This document shows positions 27,272 through 38,027 of a DNA stretch of 64,000 nt, one piece after another. The notes below the pieces were generated by a model, which did no database searches, was not told the origin of the DNA, and was given only the letters and a program-made list of their open reading frames with translations. Origin of the DNA: Chlamydiales bacterium (GTDB taxonomy: Bacteria > Chlamydiota > Chlamydiia > Chlamydiales > JAAZZY01); assembly GCA_965206695.1 (NCBI GenBank), contig CBDBKM010000002.1:96001-160000 (forward strand), given 5' to 3'. Made by a program: the position numbers and the translations under genes. Position 1 is the stretch's first letter, and every line of letters starts with the position of its first letter.

Positions 27272-28164
27272 CAATTATTCTCCATAGTGATATTGTTTAG
27301 TAGTGTTTTTGCAAAAGCTACATTTGTGGCATGACCTGAACAAATAGCTATCACATGGGCACGGAAAGGAAGACCCACTAATGATAAATCGCCGATCAAG
27401 TCCAAAATTTTATGACGCACCATCTCATCAGGAAATTTCAATCCACCCTTACTAAATATGGCGTCATCATGAACGACGACAGCATTTTCCAAGCTCCCAC
27501 CTTTAATTAATCCGGAATCCATCAACATTTTCAATTCACTATATAAGGAAAAAGTGCGGCAATGAGCAATTTCCTTTTTAAAATTTTCACTATTTACCTT
27601 AAGTGAATAAAATTGGGAACCGATGGCAGATATCCCCGGATAATGTAGAGTGTAGCTTATACAATAATCTTCTGAAGGCAAAGCTACTAGATGCACGTTA
27701 CCCTCTGAATAAAACACAGGTCTGTTTAATTTAAGAATAGGCTTATAAGCCGATTGTTCTTCAATACCACTGTACTCCAACATTTCTAAAAAAACATCAG
27801 AACTACCGTTTCCAACAGGCGGTTCAGACCCATTCACTTCGATAATAACATTATCTAAATCATTAGCCGCCAAGGCTGCTAGTACATGCTCAACTGTATA
27901 GATTCTAACCGGTCCAACACCAATTGTCGTATTCCGAGAGGTTTCCTGGACATATTCAACTGTTGCCGGTATTAATGGTTTTGAAGGAAGATCAACACGT
28001 TTAAAAACGATACCAACATCTTCATCAGCAGGACAGAACTTTATTGTTACTTCCTCACCCGTATGAATACCAATTCCGGAAAAGCTCGCCGCTGTCTTTA
28101 TGGTCTTTTGTCTTTTAAGCTCCGGTGACAAACGAGGTTTGATAGCTACCAATGTATCTGGCAT
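27271..28164 (-). CDS. lpxC: UDP-3-O-acyl-N-acetylglucosamine deacetylase
   Basis: GIGIHTG, TVEHVLAAL, RHKILDLIGD. Confidence 0.97.
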   Translation of the reverse strand: MPDTLVAIKPRLSPELKRQKTIKTAASFSGIGIHTGEEVTIKFCPADEDVGIVFKRVDLPSKPLIPATVEYVQETSRNTTIGVGPVRIYTVEHVLAALAANDLDNVIIEVNGSEPPVGNGSSDVFLEMLEYSGIEEQSAYKPILKLNRPVFYSEGNVHLVALPSEDYCISYTLHYPGISAIGSQFYSLKVNSENFKKEIAHCRTFSLYSELKMLMDSGLIKGGSLENAVVVHDDAIFSKGGLKFPDEMVRHKILDLIGDLSLVGLPFRAHVIAICSGHATNVAFAKTLLNNITMENN

Positions 28165-28362
28165 AAGCGACTATAGTTCTTTAAAATTAAATTGTATTTT
28201 TTATAAATCTTTACATACTGAACTATAAAAGGTTAATCTATATACCCTTTTTGATCAATAACTATCTCAAAAACACAACACTCCTTATTTGGATTGAAAT
28301 CCAATTATTTTTTCCTTTATTAAAATAAAATTTTGTCGAATTTCATCAAGAAAGTGAATCTA

Positions 28363-29100
28363 TCAGGAATTTCACGCGTAAGCGTTAACACATAGCCAAA
28401 ATATTTTTTATATTTAAATAATAGCGGGCTTTATCATTTCCCGATCTTGTTGATAAACAGATATTTTATCTCGCCTCCTTTGCTTAAATTTGTGTAACCA
28501 AGCATAAATAAACATAAAAATATGATTTCGTTACGCTCGTGCGTTACGATACTGCCGGCGATTAGGGCCACAAGTTTGTTTCAATTCCCTATGATAAATT
28601 TCTGTTTTCCAACGAATCTTTATGATTTTTTCAACGTCATTACGATTAGGTTCTTCAATATTAGTGACCGGATAATCAATGCAACCATTTTTAGCCGGAA
28701 ACTTGAAAGCCGTAATAAAACCATAACCGCACAAGTGAATGCTTAGTCCTTCATACGGAATATCCGAATCTGCCGAACTTACATTGCGATTAACTTTTTT
28801 ATTTTTACGCAAACCGATGACAAAATTTAACCCTATATCTCTGATAGACTTTCAATTTTTTAAACCGGAATACCATGCATCCATAACGACTACTTGGGGA
28901 TTAAAGCCTCGATTGTGAGTCGATTTAAGCATTTCTAAACAATGAGCATTCTTTGTTTTGCCGTCACTATCCTTATTATACATTCTATCGTCCACAGGAA
29001 CATATTGCTCCGAGTGTCGCCCATACCATAAAAGATTTACCAAACCGATTCCTGTTATAACATCATGTACAATCAGTACACCCGGCTCTTCCATATTGAC
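28363..29100 (-). pseudogene. IS701-like (IS4 superfamily) transposase remnant
   Basis: Broken reading GIGLVNLLW...DGKTKNAH...DAWYS.LKN*KSIR...RWKTEIYHRELKQTCG...RARN; end sequence shared with 53041. Confidence 0.8.
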
Positions 29101-29387
29101 ATCATGCTTGCTTGAATGAAGGTGCTATATCATTCCTTGGTACATTTATGTAACGGCATTTTTCCCCAACAAAAGAGAAAAATTATACTCTGATTTAAAA
29201 AATTATTTAAATAATTATTTCAATACCGTACTTCTGTAGTATGAAACTCCTGTCTATTTTTCTAGCAATAAAATCTTGAACAAAGCTTTTCAAATAATTG
29301 TCCATAGCTTTTAAAATTTAAACTAAAGATAGTATTGAAAGTAGAAGCCGGGAAAACTTTCAGGATCAGAATCACTAAAATACACTG

Positions 29388-31088
29388 TTAAGATTTTTTA
29401 CATATTTTCAAGATCACAAACAACAATATAATTAAAAAAGATACACCGATAATCAGAACATCCCCTAAACGGGTATATAAGGTATCATAAATATAGATAG
29501 GAACGGAGGCTGCTAATACCCCTGCTTGCCATTCCGATTCTCTGATATTTCCGGAAAAAGTGGCTATCACTCGCCCTAACGAATCTACTGCCGCAGTCAC
29601 TCCCGTATTACAAGCTCTCACAAGAGGCACCCCATTTTCAACACTACGAATTAATCCATGATAAAAGTGTTGCTCCGGAAGTCTTGAACAAGGAAACCAT
29701 ACATCATTTGTTACATTAACAAGCAGCTCGGCTCCTAATAAACGGTTATCTCTTATTAAATGCCCAAACATTTCTTCCATACAAACTGAAGCTCCAATCA
29801 GCGTCTCTCCTTGAAAAATGATTGCTTCTGTTCCTTCTTCATACCAACCACTGATACCATAACGCTCAGCGATTTCTTTGCACCATTCAAAGGGTAAATA
29901 TTCAACGATCGGCAAAAGGACTCTTTTATCATATCTTTTAGGAATTTCTTTAAATGGCTTAAAATTAAAAGCCGAAGTGTAATTACTTAATCCGGACATC
30001 ACCCCTTTTTCTTCATCCTCAAGCCCAATAATGACCTGTGCATCGAAAGCATTTGCAATCGTTTGAGCCCAAAACGCATTTGAAACCAACCACTCATCTT
30101 TAGCTCCGCATTGCTCTTGAGTCGCTAAAGGTCCTTTTAATTTCGGAAAAAAATCAAAATCTTCTATACCCCAAACATGCTTAAACGAATGCTTGACCAT
30201 TTCTAAAGTATAAGCCGGTGTATAAGCTGAAAAAGGAACCGCTGATTCAGGAAAAACAATTAAATCCACATCATCATGCCTGTGGTCTTTTAAAAGCCAG
30301 AGAATACGTTGCCACTGATGAAGAGGATAAATCATGTTATCAAACCCTTTTAATCCCCATTTCTCACCGGGAGAAAGAGCTGTTTGCACCATAAGAGCTG
30401 ATACATTTTTTGTTTTTTTCATATGGCTCATAGACCAATTATGATACGTCACATGAGCAATACCAAAAATAAAGGGAAATAAAGCAACGGCGCCCCAAAC
30501 AGCCAGTTTCTTTACACTCACAGGATTATAAAAAACTCGAAGAGCTATAAGATTAACAAATATAATCCAAAATGAAAGCCCATATACCCCAACCAGGGAA
30601 ACCGTTTGTAATGAATAGATGGAACCGGTAAGGGCAATGCCAATAGGGTTAAAAGCAAATCCCATTAAAACAAATAATCGGCTCCACTCCATTATCGTCC
30701 AAACTGAAGCAATAAATAGAACTCTTAGCCAGGTCCATTTCTCAACAGCAGGAATTAAAAGGGATAAAATAGCAAATTGCAGACTTAGCCATATCAAGAG
30801 GAAAAAATAAATCAGGAAAATATAATCACCTTGATAAACAGTCGCTGTCATCCATGACAATTGAACGGCTTGTACAACAGAGAACCATAAAATGGATAAA
30901 AAAAAGCGAGCCTTTTTTGATTGAAAACAAAGCATCGATTTCCAAAAAAGGGCATATCCAAATGTTCCGGCCAAAAGACCTAAAAAAGGAAGCCATGCAG
31001 GTTGCCCAAAAGCTACGATAATTAACGATATTACAAAAAGACTAAGGAAAGAAAAAGAAAAAAAACTTTGCTTTTTTGCTAAAAGCAT
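29388..31088 (-). CDS. lnt: Apolipoprotein N-acyltransferase
   Basis: N-terminal TMs; nitrilase triad VFPES, YDKRVL, SVCMEE; NVTNDVWF, RACNTGVT. Confidence 0.94.
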   Translation of the reverse strand: MLLAKKQSFFSFSFLSLFVISLIIVAFGQPAWLPFLGLLAGTFGYALFWKSMLCFQSKKARFFLSILWFSVVQAVQLSWMTATVYQGDYIFLIYFFLLIWLSLQFAILSLLIPAVEKWTWLRVLFIASVWTIMEWSRLFVLMGFAFNPIGIALTGSIYSLQTVSLVGVYGLSFWIIFVNLIALRVFYNPVSVKKLAVWGAVALFPFIFGIAHVTYHNWSMSHMKKTKNVSALMVQTALSPGEKWGLKGFDNMIYPLHQWQRILWLLKDHRHDDVDLIVFPESAVPFSAYTPAYTLEMVKHSFKHVWGIEDFDFFPKLKGPLATQEQCGAKDEWLVSNAFWAQTIANAFDAQVIIGLEDEEKGVMSGLSNYTSAFNFKPFKEIPKRYDKRVLLPIVEYLPFEWCKEIAERYGISGWYEEGTEAIIFQGETLIGASVCMEEMFGHLIRDNRLLGAELLVNVTNDVWFPCSRLPEQHFYHGLIRSVENGVPLVRACNTGVTAAVDSLGRVIATFSGNIRESEWQAGVLAASVPIYIYDTLYTRLGDVLIIGVSFLIILLFVILKICKKS

Positions 31089-31177
31089 GCTCCTATAACC
31101 TATTGAATTAAAGAGGATAAGTAGTTTATACTATGATTCCTTATTTAAAGAAACCAACATTAATAGTTAAAAATAAA

Positions 31178-32314
31178 ATGCATCTTCCTTTTAGAGAACA
31201 TCACCTATTTAAATTATTCTCTCTTTATGAGAAAAGAAATTCTCCTATTGATTACACCGTTAGTCTTTATTTTAAACAAAATAAGGCATTAGGGTCCAAA
31301 GACAGAAAAAAAATTTCAGAAATTTTATATTCCCTTGTTCGATGGAGAGGGCTGTTAGACTATCTTATCCCCTCCGGTTCACCTCGAAATTGGGAACATC
31401 GTTTGGAAGCATATAAAAAACACTCTTTAACTGATTACTTACAACAAGACCATATACCTCTGCATATTCGCTTAAGCTTTCCAAAACAACTCTTTAGTCT
31501 TTTAGAAAAAGATTATGGTATTCAAGATACTATAAATCTTTGTCTAGCCTTAAACAAAGAAGCCCCTCTAACTATTCGTGCGAATACTCTCAAAATTTCC
31601 AGACAAGACCTTTTAAAAAAATGGGAATCCAAATATTCACTTACCCCGTGTACACAATCTTTTAATGGAATCCTTTTTTCAAAAAGAGAAGCTTTATTTA
31701 AAACTGAAGAATTCAAAAAAGGATTTTTTGAAATTCAAGATGAAGGAAGTCAGCTAATCGCTCAATTTGTCAATTGCAAGCCTAAAGATCATGTTCTTGA
31801 CTACTGTAGCGGATCCGGTGGAAAAACCCTGGCTTTTGCTCCAAATATGAAACAGCAAGGACAGATTTATCTTCATGATATTAGGCCACATGCTTTAACC
31901 GCTGCCTCAAAAAGACTCAAACGAGCCGGAATTCAAAATGCACAAATCCTCGGCCCTGAGCATGCACAATTAAAAACTTTAAAAAAAAGAATGAATTGGG
32001 TTTTAGCAGATGTCCCTTGTAGTGGAACCGGGACATTGAAACGGAATCCGGATATGAAATGGAAGTTTACTGAAGAGGCCCTGATGAGATTGGTTGAAGA
32101 GCAACGCGATATTTTTGATAAAGCCTTAAGCTTCCTAAGATCTGACGGTAAAATTGTCTATGCTACTTGTAGTCTATTACAAATTGAAAATGAACATCAA
32201 ATCCGTTATTTCATGGAAAAATATTCTCTGAAGTTAATAGGATCTTATTTGAAAACCAGCCCATATGACAGTCAAATAGATGGTTTTTTTGCCGCTGTTT
32301 TGGCCTGTCAATAA
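31178..32314 (+). CDS. RsmB/NOP (Fmu/Sun) RNA m5C methyltransferase
   Basis: EIQDEGSQ, VLDYCSGSGGKT, DVPCSGTG, VYATCS. Confidence 0.92.
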   Translation: MHLPFREHHLFKLFSLYEKRNSPIDYTVSLYFKQNKALGSKDRKKISEILYSLVRWRGLLDYLIPSGSPRNWEHRLEAYKKHSLTDYLQQDHIPLHIRLSFPKQLFSLLEKDYGIQDTINLCLALNKEAPLTIRANTLKISRQDLLKKWESKYSLTPCTQSFNGILFSKREALFKTEEFKKGFFEIQDEGSQLIAQFVNCKPKDHVLDYCSGSGGKTLAFAPNMKQQGQIYLHDIRPHALTAASKRLKRAGIQNAQILGPEHAQLKTLKKRMNWVLADVPCSGTGTLKRNPDMKWKFTEEALMRLVEEQRDIFDKALSFLRSDGKIVYATCSLLQIENEHQIRYFMEKYSLKLIGSYLKTSPYDSQIDGFFAAVLACQ

Positions 32315-32429
32315 TGAAATATCAATTTTGTTAGTTGTCTTTCTAAGGCTTCTGATTTATAATTCGTTGAAAAATTGAAACTATTTTTTTAAAATAATTC
32401 ACTTTCAATCAATAGCTCAAGGTAAATAT

Positions 32430-33584
32430 ATGAAAAATCCACCTTCCCGTTTCGATAGAAATTTCAAAAACAGCACAAACATAACTAAACTATTTCTTTT
32501 CATAACCCCACTTTTTTTTATATCCTCTCTTTTAGCGGCTGAACCAATACCATTTGAGGAAAATTTTTCTTTTGATTTGGCTCAACAACAACTTCATAAT
32601 GATCCGGATAGTTTAGCTTATATAACTGTCAATAATCGCATCCTAGCCAAAGTTAACGGTAATCCTATTTCAGTCATCGATGTAATGAAAAAAATGGATT
32701 TAGTTTTTCATCAACAGTTCCCAAGTTTGACAGACTCTGAATTAGCTCGTTTTCAATTTTATACGACTAATTGGACTTATTTTTTGAAAGACATGATCGA
32801 TAATGAATTAATATTAGCAGACGCCCAAGCAAAAAAGATCCCTATTACTCCTGCAGATGTGAGAGAAGAAATGGAAGCTCTTTTTGGACCAAATGTTGTC
32901 TTAACTATAGATAAAATGGGGCTCTCCTATGAAGATGTATGGAAAATGCTTGAAAAAGATATTTCTGTAAGGCGAATGTTTTACTTTATGGTAAGAACTA
33001 AGGCTATGGACAAAGTACACCCTAAAGATATGCGATTAGCTTATGAAGATTTCACAAAAAAACATCAAAAACCTAACGAATGGTTTTATCATGTGATTTC
33101 AATTAGAGGAACAGATTCCGATAAAAACGCTGATATTGCTCAAGCTGCCTATGAATTACTAAAGAATGAAACGGATATTGATTTTAAAATTTTAACTTTT
33201 CGTCTTAACGAAATCGATACCTTTGATGATTTAGTCAATATTTCTATATCAGAGGAGTTTCATCGAACAGACAATACGATTGCTAAATCCCATAAAGAAG
33301 TCTTATCTGATTTGCAAACAGGACAATTTGGCAAGCCTATTCAACAAATTAGCCGCGCCGATAATACTACCGTATATCGCATTTTTTATCTGAACCAACA
33401 TCTACAATCAACTCCTGTTACTTTCAATGAAATTGAAGAACAACTCAAAGAAGAATTATTAGCAAGAGCCTTATCTGAAGAGTCTGATATTTACTTAAAT
33501 AAATTACGCCACCGCTTTGGTTTTGATGATAACTCACTAAAAGATACAATTCCTGAAAATTTTCAACCATTTACAATGCAGTGA
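32430..33584 (+). CDS. SurA-like periplasmic chaperone (CT355-like)
   Basis: Signal-like hydrophobic segment; NNRILAKVNGNPISVIDVMKKMD SurA N-domain pattern; upstream of ksgA. Confidence 0.75.
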   Translation: MKNPPSRFDRNFKNSTNITKLFLFITPLFFISSLLAAEPIPFEENFSFDLAQQQLHNDPDSLAYITVNNRILAKVNGNPISVIDVMKKMDLVFHQQFPSLTDSELARFQFYTTNWTYFLKDMIDNELILADAQAKKIPITPADVREEMEALFGPNVVLTIDKMGLSYEDVWKMLEKDISVRRMFYFMVRTKAMDKVHPKDMRLAYEDFTKKHQKPNEWFYHVISIRGTDSDKNADIAQAAYELLKNETDIDFKILTFRLNEIDTFDDLVNISISEEFHRTDNTIAKSHKEVLSDLQTGQFGKPIQQISRADNTTVYRIFYLNQHLQSTPVTFNEIEEQLKEELLARALSEESDIYLNKLRHRFGFDDNSLKDTIPENFQPFTMQ

Positions 33585-34471
33585 ACAACATCAAACTATT
33601 TCGACCGTCAGATCTAAATGCTTTATTAGTGCAGCATAAAAAGCATATGACAAAAAGTTTGTCTCAAAATTTTTTAATTGACGGCAATATTATTAATAAA
33701 ATCATTGCTGTGGCATCGGTTACTTCAGATGATTTTATTTTAGAAATTGGTCCCGGAGCCGGGGCCTTAACTCAATCACTTTTAAAACAAAATGCAACTG
33801 TTTTAGCTATTGAGAAAGATCATAATTTTGCCGATCTGCTTAATAAACTTTTTGCTGAAGAAGAGCGTTTAAAAGTTTATTGTGATGATATCCTCTCTTT
33901 CCCAATCAAAGAGACCCTCGCACCTTACCTAAAGAAGCATAGAAAAAAGGCAAAAGTTGTTGCTAATTTACCTTATCATTTAACAAGTCCCATTCTAGGA
34001 TTGTTATTACCATTGCATGATATCTTTTCTTCATTAACGATTATGATACAAAAAGAAGTAGCGGAGAGAATTACCGCAAATCTCGAAAGCAAATCGTATA
34101 GTGGTTTTACTGTCTTTAATCAGCTATATAGTGATCCTCAATACATGTTCACTATTAGTCCAAATTGTTTTCAACCGAAACCAAAAGTGCATTCTGCCGT
34201 ATTACATATGACGTTGAAACCACCACCACTACTATCTTCTTTACAAGGATTTATAGCATTAGTGAAAAAAGCATTTAATCAGCGCCGTAAAATGCTCAGC
34301 AATTCCCTATCTGATTATAGTGATGCCCATACTATTAAATCCCTTCTTACTACATTTGGACTTAATGCATCAGCTAGAGCAGAAGATCTTTCATTACAAG
34401 ATTTTATTAAAGTTTTTGAAGCATTATTTACCCTCAATAATTTAGGGTCAAGTTCTTTGGCATCTGAATAA
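33581..34471 (+). CDS. ksgA: 16S rRNA adenine dimethyltransferase
   Basis: SQNFLID, LEIGPGAGALT, VANLPY, PKPKVHSAV. Confidence 0.96.
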   Translation: MNNIKLFRPSDLNALLVQHKKHMTKSLSQNFLIDGNIINKIIAVASVTSDDFILEIGPGAGALTQSLLKQNATVLAIEKDHNFADLLNKLFAEEERLKVYCDDILSFPIKETLAPYLKKHRKKAKVVANLPYHLTSPILGLLLPLHDIFSSLTIMIQKEVAERITANLESKSYSGFTVFNQLYSDPQYMFTISPNCFQPKPKVHSAVLHMTLKPPPLLSSLQGFIALVKKAFNQRRKMLSNSLSDYSDAHTIKSLLTTFGLNASARAEDLSLQDFIKVFEALFTLNNLGSSSLASE

Positions 34472-35762
34472 GGAATGTAGCAGAACAAAACCGGCAACGC
34501 CGCAACCCGGATACTAGGGCTTTCATCCCATTACTTGCTTTAGTAAACAAAGGACTCTTAACATCTTGTTGAGCAAATAATGTTGCCACCCGTAGTGTAG
34601 TATCATTTTCATCTTTAAAATGAACTTCACCAACAGGCTGTCCTTTTTCTATAGGTAATTGAAGCGTATAGCAAAAAACAGTTCCCTTTATCTCAGGTTT
34701 CTCTGCCGGAAAATAAGTTATGCAAACATCTTCTTCAAGGTAAGTATTCACCTTTTTTTTAACCCCTTTTATTTTTAATTCAAACTTTTGTAAGCCTTTT
34801 GGTAAAAGTACTTGAGTGACAAGAGATTCATCAAAGGCCGCATTAAATAAATTAATTGCATCTTCATATTGTTTCCGACGATCTGCTGCTGATAAAACAA
34901 CTAATAAAAGAGTTCGATCCTCTCCATCTCTAGCTGCCGCAATTAATGTATGTTGAGCGTGTGAAGTATACCCGGTTTTTAGGCCAATAGCATCAGGATA
35001 GTAATATTGCTTTCCCGGCTGGATAAGAGCATTCGAGTTGACCATCCACGTAGATTCTTGTTTATTCGTTTTTGGCCTTAAGTGCCGTGTTGTCCGGACA
35101 ATATGACAGAAAATAGGATGCTTTAATGCCTCACGGGCAATTAAAACCATATCATAAGCCGTAGTAGTATGCTGAGGATGATGTAATCCATGAGGATTCA
35201 TAAAATGCGAATTTTCACACCCGATTTTCTTCAAATAAGTATTCATTTCCTCCATGAAATTTGGAATACTTCCGGAGACATGCTTCGCTATTGTATTTGA
35301 AGCATCATTAGCTGAAATAAGCATCATCCCATAAAATAACTCTCTTAAAGATAGGACCTCTCCTCTTTTTAATCCCATATGAGTACCCCCAACGTCCAAC
35401 CAATGTGCCGGAGTTTTATAGTGAGAACTTCTCTTTTCTTCGCTAGAAATGGAACCAATACAGTCTTGTTCAATAATAACAGATTCATCAAGTAGATGAC
35501 CATTTTGTTGAAGAGCAAATAAAGCAGTAGCTACTTTGGTAATACTCGCCGGAAATAAAACATCGTGTGCATTCTTTTCATATAAAACCACTCCCGTATC
35601 TGCATTTATTAAAATAGCAGCATCAGCATATATATCAACTTCTAATGTATTGGCCTTTAATGATGCCGTTGAAATAGAAAAAAATAAAAAAATTAAGGTC
35701 AAAGGGAAATATCTCATATTCATATCTTCATGGGTTTGATCGAAATAAAGACTAAAATACAT
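34434..35762 (-). CDS. dacC: D-alanyl-D-alanine carboxypeptidase (peptidase S11)
   Basis: PASITK (SxxK), SANDA (SxN), LKTGYT (KTG); true start probably near 35717-35723; C-terminus possibly frameshifted. Confidence 0.9.
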   Translation of the reverse strand: MYFSLYFDQTHEDMNMRYFPLTLIFLFFSISTASLKANTLEVDIYADAAILINADTGVVLYEKNAHDVLFPASITKVATALFALQQNGHLLDESVIIEQDCIGSISSEEKRSSHYKTPAHWLDVGGTHMGLKRGEVLSLRELFYGMMLISANDASNTIAKHVSGSIPNFMEEMNTYLKKIGCENSHFMNPHGLHHPQHTTTAYDMVLIAREALKHPIFCHIVRTTRHLRPKTNKQESTWMVNSNALIQPGKQYYYPDAIGLKTGYTSHAQHTLIAAARDGEDRTLLLVVLSAADRRKQYEDAINLFNAAFDESLVTQVLLPKGLQKFELKIKGVKKKVNTYLEEDVCITYFPAEKPEIKGTVFCYTLQLPIEKGQPVGEVHFKDENDTTLRVATLFAQQDVKSPLFTKASNGMKALVSGLRRCRFCSATFLIQMPKNLTLNY

Positions 35763-36005
35763 ATTTTTCGTTTAAATTAAAAACCTTTCTCCCAACTAAC
35801 ATGTTTCTTACCCTCTAAAAACCAGCTTATTACATTCACATCAATTATTCTATCTTACTTTAAATAAGCGAGTTACCTTAAAAATAGGTAAAAAATCAAA
35901 CTTGACTAGACAGAAAAAAGAAAGTGAATTAATCGTAAGGAAGAGGCAAACGCGATTAAAATTACTTCGTTACATAAATCAGGCTTGTTACTTGGAGGAG
36001 AAAAA

Positions 36006-36431
36006 ATGATCAATCCTGTGCAGCTAGAAGAAACCTATAGAAAGTATACGGATAATCTTTCTCAATGGGCACCTGATGGTATTGTTGAAATGGATATTAG
36101 TCTTCTTCAATCACTTAATCTCCTTCATTGTGAGGACCTTGCTTTGGAAGATGCAGAGCAAGAGCTTACTCAGCTGTTCAATATCATTGAATCTCCTGAA
36201 AAAATCACTCTATATAATCATAATTTCATTATCTGGATCGTTCCGGATCTTGTAGACAACATGCCGACAACTTTTGCTTTAATCGCGCAACAACATCATA
36301 ATGAATCTCAACTTGAACTTGTATTATCTATATCAGGGCCTTATAATACTCCTCGTTTGGTCCTTAAGGTCCTACAACGACTCTTACAAGAAATCCAAGA
36401 TAATGAACAAGATCTTGATAAACTTAAATAA
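36006..36431 (+). CDS. Conserved chlamydial hypothetical protein (CT550-like)
   Basis: GGAG RBS; ESPEKITLYN...YNTPRLVLKVL pattern; divergent from dacC as in chlamydiae. Confidence 0.75.
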   Translation: MINPVQLEETYRKYTDNLSQWAPDGIVEMDISLLQSLNLLHCEDLALEDAEQELTQLFNIIESPEKITLYNHNFIIWIVPDLVDNMPTTFALIAQQHHNESQLELVLSISGPYNTPRLVLKVLQRLLQEIQDNEQDLDKLK

Positions 36432-36539
36432 AATATATTAAATTCTTAAAAATATTTATAAAACAACGTGTTTTTATTTTACTAAATATTATTTATGTTA
36501 AATTTATAATAAAATGGTAGATTAATGTTTATTTAAAAA

Positions 36540-37450
36540 ATATGATGTCTTATGATTGTTAATAAAAATATGTAAATTCAACCTTTTAATTCCCTATCAT
36601 CTACTTCTGGCGAAGCAAAGACATCTCTTCCTCTTGTACATACAACAGCGAAAACATATTTCCCGGCGCCCGGGATCATTTTTAAAAAAAAGAGAACCAC
36701 TAAGAGTAGAACCGGGAGCTATGTTTGTCTATCATAACTTAGATATTGATATCGCATACTCTTTAAATTCATATTGGTCCCTTTTTAAAAGCTACGTCCC
36801 AGGAGGAAAAGCTCTATTCACCAATACCTTTAAAGTCAAAGAAAAAGGGGGGATAGATTGCCCCGGAAGAAAAAGAGCCCCCGGACAGATTATTCAATAT
36901 GAATTGGCTCCTAATTCCAAGAGTGTTATTATTCGTCCGGGAGCTCTTTTAGCCTCAACCCCTAATGTATCACTTACATATCGAATATGTTAGCCTAACG
37001 GGCTATATGAAAGACAAAGGCATTGCAACCACAACTGCTAAAATAGAAGAGATTTTAAATGAAAAGGGTTATGTCTATTTTAATACTTCAGAAGGAATTG
37101 TTAGAACCTTTAACATTCATAAGAAAGATGGCCCTATTGCTTTGGATTTAACGATATGGTGATTGCTCACACCGAAGGTTTACAAAATACCATCAACAAG
37201 GTAGGTGGGTATAACAGCATTTTTTTTATCCGGAGAAGGTCTCGCCTGTGAGTTCGAAGGTGACGGAACTGTCTTTGTTGGATCCTTTGAATTAGGCAGA
37301 AGGAATCGAGTTTATGCTTTTACAGCTTCTTTTGGAAGTGAGCTTGGCAAAGGTACGGTACTGTTAATCGGTTCCATATTCCTCTACTATGCAAGATTCG
37401 GCTCTCTTCTAGCCTTAGATGCATTGAAAAAGTATGCTTCTAGCCCTTAA
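36540..37450 (+). pseudogene. AIM24/DUF124 family gene split over several frames
   Basis: Fragments LRVEPGAM, GGKALFTNTF, APGQI, PGALLAS and AFFLSGEGLACEFEGDGTVFV match the AIM24 pattern across at least 3 frames. Confidence 0.7.
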
Positions 37451-37457
37451 AATACAC

Positions 37458-38027
37458 TCACCAAGCATTCGCAATATAATCCACAATCTTACTTGCTAAT
37501 GATCGATATAATGGCTTTAAAGCAATTCTTCTAGCTGTATCAACAAACTCTAACTGACCCATAGAAAAATTAAGTAAGTGATCCTCATCTATTTCCGGAT
37601 CAAAATCCGTATTAACACTAGCTGAGATGTAAGTCTGTGGTAATACAATATTCCCTGTTGCAGCCTCATAAACTGAGACTTGAGTCAATACACTCACTCT
37701 ATCTTCGCTAGGGACTAAACGATCTTCTAAATTCCCGGAAGCATTTCTAAAATAACGAAAACCGATATGTTCATGTTTTTGATCAAGAATCGTTATTGTT
37801 AAGATTAATTCGCCTCCATGCGTTAAATATTTTAATCTACCCGATTCAGCAATTTGATGAATGACATCTCGAGTCAATTTTCCTTTTAAATCTCCTTCAA
37901 TATAGGGAACCGAAATAGTATTATATTTTTCTATTACGGTCCCTTTACCAAAATGATAACCACACGATGACAGTAAACAGAATATAGGAACCATTAATCC
38001 ATACGTTATTCTGCTAAAAATTTTCAT
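37458..38027 (-). CDS. LptE-like lipoprotein (CT548-like)
   Basis: Lipobox LSSC-GYHF; TISVPYIEGD. Confidence 0.8.
   Translation of the reverse strand: MKIFSRITYGLMVPIFCLLSSCGYHFGKGTVIEKYNTISVPYIEGDLKGKLTRDVIHQIAESGRLKYLTHGGELILTITILDQKHEHIGFRYFRNASGNLEDRLVPSEDRVSVLTQVSVYEAATGNIVLPQTYISASVNTDFDPEIDEDHLLNFSMGQLEFVDTARRIALKPLYRSLASKIVDYIANAW

Noticed and set aside
28840..28860. Shared in-frame TGA as evidence of UGA recoding
   Set aside because: TGA terminates normal genes here (atpB, atpA, fmt), tRNA-Trp has a CCA anticodon, and the expected residue is Leu
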